From: Mizuhopecten yessoensis
Lineage: Eukaryota
Assembly (NCBI RefSeq): GCF_002113885.1
Contig: NW_018480074.1
Location: forward strand, 186,001-250,000
Direction: 5' to 3'
DNA length: 64,000 nt
Part shown: in pieces, positions 39,001 to 53,050 of the stretch
How the letters are laid out: each line of letters starts with the position of its first letter
Position numbering within the stretch: the stretch's first letter is position 1
The notes under the pieces: generated by a model
Seen by the model: only the letters and a program-made list of their open reading frames with translations
Told to the model about the DNA's origin: nothing
Databases searched by the model: none
Made by a program: the position numbers and the translations under genes

Positions 39001-41154
39001 AAAGAAGCAAAATAGCGAATGGTGTGTCTGTTCTAGTGCCCATATTGGATCACAATGTCAATATTACTTAAGAGACCTTTGTATATATAGTGTTCTGTTT
39101 TAGTAAATACAATAATTCATATTCTCGTGTCTTAACACATCTTTATTTTGATCTGTTTTAATAGATATATTTAATAATGCCCGCGTGTCTAGTCCCATTT
39201 CTATTATGTTTTGTTTTACTATATAAACAAAGATATAATCACAGATAGCGTATTCATAAATAGCTTGGAATCCTATCACAATGAAAAAAAATTAACAAAA
39301 ACTAGTTTTCTAATTTATTGGAAAAATACATTTAGATACGTATGTATGTAAAGGTGCGAACAAATGCTTTTACATGTGTACATGAAATAACTATGTCAAG
39401 TGATTTGACGTCGGTAACCTACGTCGTAATGACGTCATATTGCATCATTGCTCCTTTTTCATTTTAGAACGAACGTACCATCCATTATAAATATCAATAT
39501 ATTGTTCACGACTAAATCTGCTTATTTTGGAAAAGAATATATCGATTTTGAATTTATAAGTTAGAGGAAACCTTCAATTATAATATCATATAAGTTGATA
39601 TTAAAACAGTTATGAATTTCAATAATTAAATATATTTTTGTTTCCGATATATTTCAAGGATGTTTACATCTTATCATTAAACGCCTCCATATATTGACTC
39701 TTTGTAGGACTAACGTGCATAGACTGTGCTGACTTCGTTATCAATGGATCAGCTGCCGGGGCTATAGTGACTCCAGTCCTGAACGCCATCCCGGGTATTC
39801 GGGATAGAAACTGTCGCACTGCAACCGCTCAATCAAATATTGACATGACCACATGTCCGTCAAATCCCACATCCGGGGACCGTGTGTACAGATGCGGAGC
39901 CTACACCGGCACACTCAATGTTGTTGGCCCATTGAACATTTTCGGTAAGTGTAATACTATTTAAGTAATTTATTTATCAGATCAAACATTTGAATAAGCT
40001 AAATATTTTATGCAATACTTGCTTAGGGCTTTGTCCAAATGTTTTTAAGTCTTTAGGACCCCAGTCCCACTGCATTGTCGTTTTTTATATGTACAGCTAC
40101 CTCCCCTTAACTTCCGTTTAACTATAACTGTAGCACATTTGAGCTAGCAAACATCCGTTGACCAGGTAGCTCAGGTGGTAACAGCAATAGTATAGCAACC
40201 AGAAGTCCAGGTTAAGAATACCAGTCAAGCCCCTCTGATTTGTTTACTCTCAGAACACTTTTATTGTATTGGTTATGTTTTGTTTGTTTTAATTTTAGTA
40301 TTTTTCATAAAAATCCCGCAATGTTTAGTTTTCTTTTCAGAAATGATTTATTAAGGTTATATGTTGGACAAATCAGTTCCCAATACTTAGTTACAGTTTT
40401 TGACAGTGGTATGGGGATCCTAAAAGAGTTCCAGGTAATGTCAGTATGCAATCCTGTTGAACCGTAACGGTTACCTGCGCTCTTAATAGATTGCAGTCCA
40501 TTGCGGGAAAGGCCGCATGAAATACCATCTGGGTACAGTGACGGAAGAAGCGTTCCGGAAGGTTAAACATTTCTGACACCACACGTAGTGCCGGTTTACA
40601 AGTTGCCCATAAAAAATGTTTAGTCATGAACCATTTGAGATTTCAAATACGATGAAACTGCTTACCCTTGGTAAACGTTATATATACCAAAATTGCGTTT
40701 AAAAAAGTAGAAAAAGAAAACAATCGAAGCAATAAAAAAAAGCCAAATTTCAATATGAAATTGGACTAAGCCCTAATATTATCCAATAACATGAGTATGA
40801 CTCCAGCTGGTCTTCATTTAATATAGAGATAGTTGAACTTAGAAATGTTTGTGAACTTAATATTAGTACTCGTTTGATCTTGTTTCAGATATTCCTGTTC
40901 ATATCATTGACCGTGAGTGTGTTTTGGTATACAAGGGTCTGAACGATGGTTGTCATCCCCAGAGTTTTGCCCAACAGGACGCCGCTACTTTCCAGAAAAT
41001 TTTCGAGAGACTTGATAGCTTAGGAGCCGTCACTTTCAGGGGAAGCATATGTCTGTCAGGCGACGTTTCTGCTGCCTCTAGCATACATATAGCGCATTCT
41101 TTAGTAATTTCGATAGTTGCTTGTTTTCTGTATATGTTATTTAGCTTGTCATGA
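36066..41154 (+). CDS. Three-finger (Ly6/uPAR-like) probably GPI-anchored protein, paralog A, 195 aa
   Basis: Exons 36066-36150, 39708-39944, 40889-41154, with phase-1 GT-AG introns. Signal peptide MRLNTSILGPVLVGVCIVILAQNTGQVQG; LTCIDC..C..C..YRC..REC..GC..IC; small-residue omega region SAASS followed by a hydrophobic C-terminus. Confidence 0.85.
36752..37090. repeat. 70-71-bp tandem repeat (~4.7 copies) in intron 1 of paralog A
   Basis: caggtgtaaatctcttatgtt recurs at 36761, 36832, 36902, 36972, 37043. Confidence 0.95.
40160..40233 (+). mobile_element. Decayed tRNA-derived SINE head
   Basis: ggtagctcaggtggtaacagc (A-box-like) followed by a degenerate B box, aggttaagaatacc. Confidence 0.4.
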
Positions 41155-41342
41155 TAAAAAAAATTATATGCAATGAAATTATGTATGTATCTATATATGT
41201 AAAATTGGTAAGAATGATTTGTTATAATGATATTTGCTCTATCGATTGTTTCATAAGTGTGAGGTTTGAAAAGGACACTTAACTGGTTTGTGAGGACATT
41301 TTTAGTTTATATGAATATATATCGGGTAGACGAAGCCGTGAC

Positions 41343-41931
41343 CAGTGTCCGTATTCATGAAAACGTTCCAATGTGCAAGCAAGGATCCCGTGTTCAATCC
41401 AACTTTCTTGGTACTGGCTTAAATCACGTGACATGATCAAAACGTCAAGAGTTTACATTGGAATCAACATTTGGCTCCAAGTCTCTCCAAAATTCTCCGA
41501 TGTCACGGAGTGAATATTATCAATTGATCACATGAACAAGAAAATTTGGATTGAGAACGGTTTAATAAATACGAGCCTAGTTTTATATAAGTATGTTACC
41601 AGATAGTTCTTTGATAAGAACTAAATATGTTTCTTGTAGAAAACTTACGAACGAAAGAGGTGTGGCGATTGAGAGTAATCCTGCGTTGGAAACATTTAAC
41701 TGTTCAGTGGGGGTTAAACTAAGAGTTCCTCAACTCTTGCAATCCCTAACATTTTATGTATATTTACACAAATGTATCTGACATAATGTATATTCATGTA
41801 TTATAAATTATTGCATCTTGAGAAAATGAAATTGATTGAAAAAAAATGTCCAAATGTTTTCCAAATCACTGTTTTTTTGTGTATAAATTTATCAAGTTTT
41901 AGCATGAGAACGGTTTCAAAATACGGGCCTA
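41343..41931. mobile_element. PIF/Harbinger-like MITE remnant(s)
   Basis: Left end gtccgtattcatgaaaacgttc; complementary right ends gaacggtttaataaatacgagcctag (~41580) and gaacggtttcaaaatacgggcctag (~41931). Confidence 0.45.
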
Positions 41932-44900
41932 GATACAAGATAACCTGTATTCATATCAGAACACCTCAAGATGAGTTAATCCCACCGTTGATTATATCCT
42001 TGTTCCATGTCCACATAAATCGCTTCGGTAGGTCCATTGCGCAAGACATTGTTGACAACTGTAATTGCGGTAATTCGGTGGGTCCTCCAGACTTGCTTGT
42101 GACCTTACATTCAGTCAAAACTGTATACAAGAATAGTAGCGTGCTTGAACCATTCAGATAACAAGAGTATAGACATTTGTGTGATACGTTCGCTTAAGGT
42201 AAAAATGGAATAATAGTATCAGCCATAATAACACTATATCTGTTCGAACACTGATATACGGTTTGAGGTACTCTTGTTTTGAAACGGTATCTTTTCAATG
42301 TACGAGATATTTTTAATTTTACAATTCTATATTTGATGTAACTTCGGAATTATCTTCAGCTATGGTATTAACCTGAAGCCAACATAGAGCCAAAGTTGAA
42401 TTGATACATTAACCCAATTACCCCTAAAGTCACATTTGAACCTTACCAAATCAATGACTTTGCAAGTCCAGTATAAATATATGCAGGGGTGAATGAGTTA
42501 ATGGTTCAATTTTTCAAATATTGTATTAGCACTTTGTTTATCTATATTTTTATATAAGCATGTGATGCCTTTTTTTTTTTTAATTAAGTTTTCCTTTTTA
42601 TTGGATCTGTTGTTCCTATTAAATTGAGCCTTTTTAACCATCCTACTTAACCATTGTTACATCGTACTTTAATGCTAGTATATTAGCACAGGGTAAAACA
42701 AATGCTCGTGTACTCAATGTTCAGGATTATATTATTTGTATGTTTTGCAAGCTTGTACTATTATACCATAAAACAGTTCTACCATGCATAATACAATTAA
42801 AACGATTGGTTGATAATAATGTCTTTTGTATATTTTTTTGTCCTGAACAAATTAAATTTTATTCATAATCGATCTTTTCGTTTCTTTATTATTTTTAAAT
42901 TAGCTGAATAAGATTAATAATGTTGACGGTCTCACGCTGGAAAACAATATTCATTGAGCTCAATTAAGTGTTAGCTTATCTGAATAATTACATAGTACGG
43001 CTATATATATTTTCAGCAATTTTTAATGAAAGAAAGCATTAAAGTAGTGGACACATTGACAGCAGATAACAAAGAAAAATGGATTATTATGAGTTTTGTC
43101 ATTTTTCCTCGATTCTTTTTATCATCATGATCAGGCAATTGTTACTTCAATTTATTTGTGTATTGATTTGATAAACGTTTATTTGGAACATAAGTATACC
43201 ATAAATACAAGAAAATAGAAAAAAATAGATAATACGACTTTAATATGTTCTCTCTCCTTTTTGTAATACATCGGATGTTTTAGGGTGAAAATCAAATGTA
43301 TACAGATGAAATAAAAAATTATTATAAATAAATAAAGATAAACAAAGAAATAAAAGTAATCCATTAAAATACATGCATTTTCTTTCATCACCCCTAGTGT
43401 TTCTTGTTCGACACACCAATTTTCTATTCGAATTACCTTGATTAGATGGAAACAAGACAAACGTGTATTTGCTGTTACGTTCTCCTTCGTTCTTCAACAT
43501 AAATCATTTCGTACCTATTCAGCAATGATAATGTAAGCCGAGTGACCTTTCAACAATTAATTTGATAGCATAACATACGTGTACGTGAGTTCATCAGTGA
43601 GCGAAATGTGTTTCATAATTAGATATATCAACTCGTATTGAAGTTCAAGAGAGCTCTTTTAAAATCCAGTCAATCAGTTCAATCCTGAACGTTTTACTAA
43701 AACAAAAAACTGTCACTGAAATACTTATACCAGAAAGCATTGACTTCTACAAATTTAAACAATAATTAGAATAATACAGATAACATGGCAAATTACACAC
43801 CTATACCCTTTCTGTAAAATCTTTAATAAATTTTATCAAAATGCATTATTAATAAAATAAACAAATACGCGTCCGTACTTCTGTGTATCATCTCGTGGAA
43901 TGCTACTATACCTGTTATACGATTAAAGAGCTAGGCTACAACCGAAACAAAATTCATACCTCATCATACTCAGAACAAACATATTTCATTTTCTTACAAA
44001 CTAATGAAACACAATTAAACAACAAACAAATGTTAAATTAATCTTGAAGGAGGATATAACATGCATATGATATCATCACTTAGGAATTGTTAAGTGACTC
44101 ATCATGATTGTGCTGTCTTTAAACTGTTGTATCATGATGCTTAATGTATCCAGATATAATTTATATCAATTTTAGCATATTTTTTTATTTACTTATTTGA
44201 TTTATCTATCAAAACAATCGATAATAGCAATATTTTTCAAGGTTAGATGTTTTTAACACTATGATATGTTTTTCCTTGAAAACATAAAAAAACTAACTTT
44301 ACAATTGATCAAACGCTTTTTTTATTATTTATTTACTATTGAAAATTCATTTAAAATGTATTAATTGAATATGTTATTTATACACTGACAATGAAACCCT
44401 TGTATCGGGAAGAAAAGACTTTGTTCATAGCTACTTCCAACATTCGGGCAGTTTTGTGGACAGCTTGCCAAAGTTCGTTCCATGCACATAACATTACAGC
44501 TCTGGCTTTAATACAGGTTAAGTGGTTATATATAGGCTTGGCAGCCTTTTATCCGAAAATGTCAAATTCAAATATAGGAACTGAAATTTAAAATATTATT
44601 GGTACGGTCATGCGTTATTACTTCCAGCGCCTCCTCAAAATAAGGATTTGTCCATATTAACTTTCAATTTCATGCATTTTGATTTTTTTTCTCCGCAAAA
44701 GTTGAACTTTGAGTTTCATCCAGTTGGAACTCTAGCTTTCATGTTATTGTGAAAAAAGATGCCCTTTTATTGCTGAAAAATGCATTACGATGACCATAAT
44801 AGGTATCTTACACCTTAGAGGTAGGGACAATATCATAGCTGTACTTTATTATGTTTGATATTTGATGTAACGATTTTTATTGTGACGTGTCGGCTTACCT

Positions 44901-45697
44901 TCATAGTGATTTATGTTTTGACTTATTGACTTATCTTTATTAAATATCTAAAGCACGTCTTTATTAATGCGTTTTAGGTGCATTAAATGTTCCTATACAT
45001 AGTTGTGATTTATAGCTTCATAAAATGTTCTTTCGTTTTGTCATGTCTTAATAAACATTTTATTAAATAAATGTTTCTACTAAAAGTATTGCATAAATCA
45101 TAAAAGATTATATACGTTTTTGTAGAATTTATTATAAATACATCCAATCATGGATGATCATAGTTTAATTTAAAGCAACTTTCATAAGGCTTGGCTTTCA
45201 TTGATCATAATGACTGCTAATAGATGGATAAAGGTGTTGGGAATTACCTTGAAGTTGATACTTTACCAATCAAGTGAGGTACGTTCTAGAAAACCGTAAT
45301 AATTTCTATCGCTTATAAACTTATTCACAATTAGGAATTATTACTACAGTTAACCGGAAATCAAGAACAACGACCGAAAATGTCTGTCAGTGTAGCCAAC
45401 CAAATCAGTTGTTGTTATGCTGGCCAATCACCGTCGCCCTTACAAATACGTACTTTCTCAAATATAGCTACGTTTATTGACACTCTCCTTACACCAAATA
45501 CTTGTCCTAAACAGTAGCATTAACTACGTATGTGTAGTGGAAGTATGCAAGGCAGAACTGTAGTTTAGGACAAGGCAATTAACGTAAGGAACTCGCTAAA
45601 GGTAGAACTGTAAACTTTAGATGTATAATTAGAATTCGTCCAAGGAAGAGCTGCAGCTTTCCCTCAAGGGATCCTTATTGAGAAGATTGGGAAAACA

Positions 45698-48600
45698 ATG
45701 ATACTTTACACCTCTATTACGGGGCATCTTGTGGTGAGCGTGTTTATAGCCATCCTGACTCAGAAAGCAAGACAGGTACAAGGTATTGTATTGATATATT
45801 TTTTTAAAGGTTTACTTATCTTTATATATATTTGAATGTTTTTGGTGTCCCCAGATGTTGTTCAATATATTTTATAATTATGTAAAGTAACTTTGTTTTT
45901 CATTTTCTTGACTTTGTGCTAATATATACTGATAAATTAGTTTAGTTATGCACAACAAAACCCCGAAAATATAGACTGCTTCAAGAGGAGGTGGAATTGG
46001 CATTAAAATCTGCAGCCTGTGTCTAATCCAATTATGCATTTGAAATTATAAAATACATCAGTAATGAAAAGTAACTTGGATGACAAAGAACTTACATGTC
46101 TATAAACACATACAGTAAACAAACATATTATTTTTGTCTAAAGTATTACAGATATAGTATAATAAATCAAATACATGCATGTATTCATAATAACTAATAC
46201 AATATATCTAATCTTGATCACGGTTTTCTACAGTATAACTGATGCAGTACAATAAATAAACAAGTGTTTGTCTTCAGTACAATGGTGGCATGTACTATGA
46301 CTAACTAAGTATGACAAAACTAGATAAGGTTGTTCGCAGTTTAACGGATAGAGTAAACAAATCATAAATGTCTACTGCAAACCTAATGTTTTTAGCGCAG
46401 TTAAAATCTAACTCAATCTGTAAAAATGACAAATTTTATGAAACAATTTGATGTTGAAATGTCGCATATCATTTCAATTATATAAACGTGTATGCTTGAA
46501 TGACCCCGAGCAATATTTTTAGAGGTCATGAGGTCAGCCTGTATACGCGAGCGTTACGTTAAGTACCTTACCACTGTTAAGCAATTACTTTATATAACTT
46601 TGCCATTGGCAAACACAATTCATTTAATTATTGCCTAACTTTATCTCAAAGTTGGTTATATAGTTTTGATAGTGTGATCTACTTTTACATTCAACTACTT
46701 ATGTTCGATTCAGGTACGTAGCAGCCAATAGTTTCCTATTTAAGCCACAGGAGAAGATTTGTTATATTGTACGCGTTTACCAGAAAAACATTCAGTTATT
46801 TTATTTTCATTTAACGGACAAAATGAACGTGGATTTGATTAAACCCCGGGAACAATATGAACCCTCGCCCATGGTAACTTTGAAACTGACCTATTCCGTT
46901 CAGGCCTGTGTTCAAACATCCGGTATATTTATTCAGTAATTTCTAAATATGCATTAGTCAGACAAATCATGGTTGCAATTTTTGTTTACTTTAACATTTC
47001 TCCTGACAAAAAAAAACCCAGCTTATCATATATATGATCATTTTCAATCCCGTATTTATTACAATTACAATATGGCTTTTATAGTATATAGCATATCTAA
47101 AACAGTTTTATGGAGTTCAAGACCGACATCGATTCATAAATAACTGTTAAGTTGGGGTGTCATACTGGTTACTTTTTCCCCTTTTTAAACATATTTGGCA
47201 CAAGCAGTTATCATATTTCCTGATAATGTCATTTGTTCTTGTAACCTGTTTCAGGTCTCAGATGTATGGACTGTACCAATGTAGAACTCGATGCTTCAGC
47301 CGAGGGGTACCTGGTGAACCCTATCCTGACTTTCATTCCAGGTATTCGGAATAAACACTGTGTGGAACCCACCGACGAGCATGACATTGACTTGATCACG
47401 TGTCCGCCAAACCCCGATTCCGGGGATTTGGTGTACAGATGTGGAGCCTACAACGGCAAAATCAATATCGCTATGTTTAGTGGCATTTCAAGTATGTATA
47501 ACATACTCACATGTATTCATAATGGCAACAGTAACTTTAATTTTGTATAGAATGTCCTTTCTAAGAAATATTGATCAAGATAACAAGGATCAAAAACCTA
47601 AGTGACTCATATTAGAATTGAAGTTCGATCAACCCCCACATCCACCAGATTTATTGTATAGTCTTCCAAAAACAACCCTGATAAATCTTAAAAATGGACC
47701 CTATTAACATTGAAATTCAGATGTGGAAATAAGTTATAATTACCTTGTATTTAAGGTACTGGAATGGTACAGAAAACTCCCACAGGCTAATGTACTAACG
47801 CCGTAAATAAAAGTCATAAGTCAGCAACCAATTGTCATAAGTCAGCATTTTAAAGTCATAACTCAGCATTCTTAAGTCATAGTTGAGCAGTCTGAAGTCA
47901 TAAGTCAGCAACCAATTGGCAAACGTCGGTCAGCAATATATAGCCATTAGTTAGCAATCTATAGCCCTAATGCAGCAACCTCAAGTCATAAGTCAGCAAC
48001 CTAAAGTCACAAGTCCGCAATCTAAAGCCATAAGTCAGCAATATATATCCATAAGTCAGCAATCTAAAGTCATTAGTCACCAATCCAAAATCATAAGTTC
48101 GCAACCTCAAGTCATAAGTTCGCAATCTAAAGTCATAAGTCATCAATCTAAAGTCATCAGTCATCAATCTAAAGCCGTAAGTCAGCAATCTAAAGTCATA
48201 AGTCTGCAATCTAAAGTCATAAAACAGCAATCTAAAGTCATAAGTCATCAATCTTAAGCCGTTAGTCAGCAATCTAAAGACATAAGTCTGCAACCAAAAG
48301 TCATAAGTTAGGAAACTAAAGTCATAAGTTCGCAATCTAAAGTCATAAGACAGCAATCTAAAACCATAAGTCAGCAACCTTAAGTCATCAGTCATCAATC
48401 TAAAGCCATAAGTCCGCAATCTATAGCCATAATGCAGCTAACTTATGGCTATAGATTTCTGACTTATACCATATATTATGTAAGTTTGGTGTCTCCTCAG
48501 TGTGTTAACGCTGTTTTATATATTTGTTCTGTGTTGTTTTACCCTAACCTCATCTCGCTATACATGACTGAGATGAAATATGGACTTAAAATGTTGGTGA

Positions 48601-48908
48601 TAACTGGTCAACTTGTACTAATAAACCTAACTTATCTCATTTCAGATAGTTCTCTTCGTGTGATTGACCGCCAATGTGTCTTAATCTACCAGGGTTTGAG
48701 ATACGGTTGTCATCCACAGACATTTGTCGAAGACTACGCGTCAGACTTACAGAAAATTTTAAAATCACTTGAAAATTTAGGAGCTGTTGATTTCCAGGGA
48801 AATATCTGTCTTTCTGAAGATATCGACTCTACCTCTAGCAGCAGCCGCGTTGTTTTTTCCTTGATGCTTTTAATGTGTTCTTATTTTCTGTGCTTACTTT
48901 TATCATAA
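45698..48908 (+). CDS. Three-finger (Ly6/uPAR-like) probably GPI-anchored protein, paralog B, 194 aa
   Basis: Exons 45698-45782, 47255-47491, 48646-48908. Exon 1 and 2 coding lengths (85, 237 nt) and phases are identical to paralog A. Same 8 Cys; 38/79 identities in exon 2 by manual alignment; STSSSS followed by a hydrophobic tail. Confidence 0.85.
47810..48470. repeat. 21-bp minisatellite in intron 2 of paralog B, ending in an inverted unit
   Basis: Unit aagtcagcaatctaaagtcat; terminal ttatggctatagatttctgacttat is a reverse-complement copy. Confidence 0.9.
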
Positions 48909-51900
48909 TAAATTATGAAGGAATGAAAGGTGTAACATATTACTAGTATATAGTTTGAAATTCATTCTTAAACTTTAAATCTATGTAAAAAGACCATGTT
49001 TGCAACATGAAATTGAGCCTAACTGTGTCAGAACATCAGTCAAAGGACTGAAATATACGGACGATCACTGTGGGTATACCAAAGTACAAAGTGTATTTAA
49101 AGGAAATGAGAACAAGAATAAGAAACTATTTAAACGAACTAATAAGCAGAACTTTCTTAGACGGGTAATGTATGGATGATTCTTTTAAAGCTTTATAAGG
49201 TCTTCATTGTCTAACATATACAAATTGTTTCTATACAAGCATAAGTAATTATTCAATATCATTATAGGACTTTTAATTCGAACAACATAGAATAGTATTT
49301 GTTTGACGACGTCTGGTTGGAATAATTTTAAAATTTAGAATTGAAATGTTTCATCAAGGCACGTAAGCATCCGTCTTGAATTTAACATTTTAATCAAACA
49401 ATTCTCCTATGTCGTGATGTATGCTGTTTACCTGTTTCATCTTTAAGAAATAGACATATTATGTGTCCGTGTATAGAAATATCGCAGCCCTGGTACTGCT
49501 TTTCACCCATCAAAAAGGGTTGCAGTTTACCAGACATTATTTCACTGTTTATATTACTAAATGTGATTTATGGTTGTACGATGTCTCTGGCCAGACCCAA
49601 ACTTGATAACCGGGGTAGTCCATACATATTTAATTAGAAACAGGTACTTCTCCATTTTAGACCGGTTGATATCTTCCAGACGTAGTTAGATATTACTAAA
49701 TAAACGAGGACACCACACAATGATAAAATAAAATAAACGAATATTCATTACAATTGACCAATAGAAGGTATAGATACCACAGCGTCAACAACAAAGAACA
49801 CGAACTCAAATACGTCAAGAAGAAAATAACAGAATATGAGGAAACATCAGGATAGAATATAAGCCGTCATCAACATAAAGTACTGCAGGAAAAATGTGTA
49901 ATAAAACGTTTATATACCTGAATACGTGTTTCAAACAAAACAAAGAAATAATCCGATTGCTTGCATCATATTTTATTTTTGCATAGGAGACTGTACAATT
50001 GGTTGTAAACAGTTATATAATATACCAAAAACATGTTTAATTGCTATTTTAATTTCAATAAATATTTGATAAAAAGACTAGATCAGATAAAAAAAAGACA
50101 TTGTATATGCATGAAAAGTAAAGTAAAAATTGAAATGTACGATAGGTTTGGTTTAAACGAGCAGAAGGTGTTTAACCCTTTCCAAAAGTAGCATGTAAGG
50201 TGTGACAATTAATATGAAAAAAAATAACAACAGCAAAATATGTAAGATTACAAAACTTTCAAGACTAGATGTATAACAAATAATATAAAAAAAAAACGCC
50301 ATGTACAAAATAAAATAATTGATAATTATAATGGGAACTTAACGCATTTCTCGAAGTGAACAAAGCTAAGACAGGATTTCAAACAATAAAAATATTATTA
50401 GCATCATGGTAAAAATGTTAAATTTGAATTAAAAAAAAAAAAAAATAGCGCTTATAAATTCTAATGTAATAGCAAAACATAATGGTGGAAGGTTATTTGG
50501 ATTTGTATGGAATCATGACAAAAATAATCGAATTTTTACTTAATCTGCCTTAAAATCATTTTAGCTCATAAGTTGTCCGGTGATTAAAAAGACAGAAATA
50601 AATGGATTAAACATTGAACACACTTTTGAAAATTGTAGGTTCATGATCTGAAAACATAAACACTAAATAGTTTTTTAAAAATTTAAACAGTGTTAACAGG
50701 CAAATACCATAAATACAAACATATTATCATGCAATCGTTTTAATTACTAATATCTTGACAAGATAATAAAAAAAAAAAAATTGTAAAATTCAGGAATGCT
50801 ACTATTGAATATTGTCATTTACTTAAAAAAATCTATGAAAACTGAATGAGAATTTACCAAAACCATATATTCGAGACGGCAAGAACATAATTTATTGCAA
50901 ACGGAAAAGAAAAAAATACACGGAACGACAAACATTCCGCGAATGAAAAAGAATCGACTTTTCCATAATTTTCGAAACATGAAATAATTTTGTTTATCTA
51001 TTGTTACAAAAAGAAAAAAGAAAATAGCAATAGTGCATTAATATTGGTCACATCAACTTTGTATATTTGTATCGACTGATTAAAAATTGATATCGAAACG
51101 TTTTGGTCAATAAAAGAAGTTTTATTTTTTTATTTTTTGACATTAGGAAGTAATTTTAATGAAGCATTTATAGAATTTAGCTTTTTGTTTTAGTTTGTTG
51201 GTTCAAATAAAAAGGAAAAAAAGGCATGACGTAAAAGGAACATAATACTCCCATCAATATTTCTAGAATCTCAACATCTTAAAGGAACTTTTTATTTTAA
51301 GGCCTTGCTTTAAAAGAATGTAGTCCTTACACAACTTTATGACTTATATACTAATTGGATTGCCAATACACATAGGAAAGGTTTTATAACTCGTTCTTTT
51401 CATCTTGAAGTAAAAATACCATCTATGGTAGAGTAGAAGCAGTGTGATCTTTAAAGTAATGATCAGAATCAAGTTGTACATCAATCCTACATATGTGTAT
51501 TTAAAGCTAGCTATTGTTGTTGAGACACAATTTTAAGAAAGCTGATTTTTAAAGCTTTAACCAAATACAATTATGCTTTTGAAACTAAACGACGTTCCAT
51601 ATTACATCTCATTATGAATATAATAACTATAATCTAAGTGCAAATTAGATAAAAAAAAAATGATACATGCAGTTACAAGACTTATGAATTGTACAAAATA
51701 TAACTCATTGCCACAGTAACCTACTGTATATCGTTATCTTATAACAAACTCTGTATGTATTGTTTATTATTGGTATTTCAACAACTGAAGGAAAACTAAA
51801 AGCTATTTGATCTTTGACCAAAAATATCAATAACACATCCTGGCTACACCCACATTTCTACACATTTACAAATCTTGAAGATACGCTATAGACACAGCCT

Positions 51901-52639
51901 ACATCAACAATAACACAAAAGGCTCGACATCTTTACTGCAGACAATGTGCGCACCCATTTCTATATAATGCATTTTGGAGATACCCACGTCACCATTACA
52001 TTCTCGAAATACACACCACATATACATAGTTTGATATACTTATTATATGTGTACCATATATAAGATCATTTGTAAATTTACAATTAACTCAATTTTACCA
52101 ATTCCGATAAAAAAAATTACACAACAGTTAAATGTTCGACTACGGGTTCCCCTTAAGCATCCTATCTCTTTCGAATTCTGTAAGGAAAAACATTCTGACG
52201 ATATACCTTGTAGATATGTTTATGATCCTGGACACACTAAAGCACATTCTAGACACATTCGCATTCATACTAACATCAACATAACAATCTTGACATTCTC
52301 TCATCTATAAAACACACTCTGGACACACATCAATATAACACACCGGACACATTCACATCAATATATGCTAACATTTCCACTGCAAGTTCCTCTTTAATGA
52401 GTATAACCAGAAGAAATTGCATGCATAGGGCGATGCACGCAAGTTGATCAGCGTCATTGAAGCCTTCCTTTCCTCCTCGAATAACATGAGACACACCGTT
52501 TAAAGCAAACATTTTTGTGACGTGAGGCTGTTCCTTGAATCTGCTTTGCATTGACGACACATGCACTTCAATATCGAAAATAAGGGAATATCTGTATCTA
52601 TATCAAAAATAACTTTAAAATTTAGGATGTAAATGTATG

Positions 52640-52780
52640 CATTGAACAACACTTTCCATTGTTCATGCCAGGATGAACGGAAATCACTTATAGACATATC
52701 TACCATGACGAGTTTCATGGAATATGTATGTAACCGATGTGCGTTCATAGAGGCATGAACATTGAAAAATGCCGTGCAAT
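52640..52780. mobile_element. Palindromic MITE-like element; relatives at 54600-54820
   Basis: atgtaaccgatgtgcgttcatagaggcatgaacattgaaaaatgccgt is shared with 54766-54815; the left arm is an imperfect reverse complement. Confidence 0.55.
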
Positions 52781-53050
52781 ATGGTAAAAGACCCTGAACA
52801 CATTCACAACTATAAATATACTAGATACTCTTACGTCAATTTCACAACCTGGTCACCCTCACATCAACGAAATACAGCTTGGACACATTCACTTCTATAA
52901 AAAAAACGTTGGACACAATAATATCCATAAAAATAAGTTTGGCCCGACCAAATTTTTTAATTATTACTTAAACATGACACAATTACATATATAAGCCACC
53001 GGGAAGCAATTAGATATTTATATACAACATACTTACTCACATTTATATAT

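Noticed and set aside
47967-48419. Gln/Ser-rich and LLTYDFR-repeat ORFs
   Set aside because: Translation of a 21-bp minisatellite inside intron 2 of paralog B; paralog A has no equivalent.
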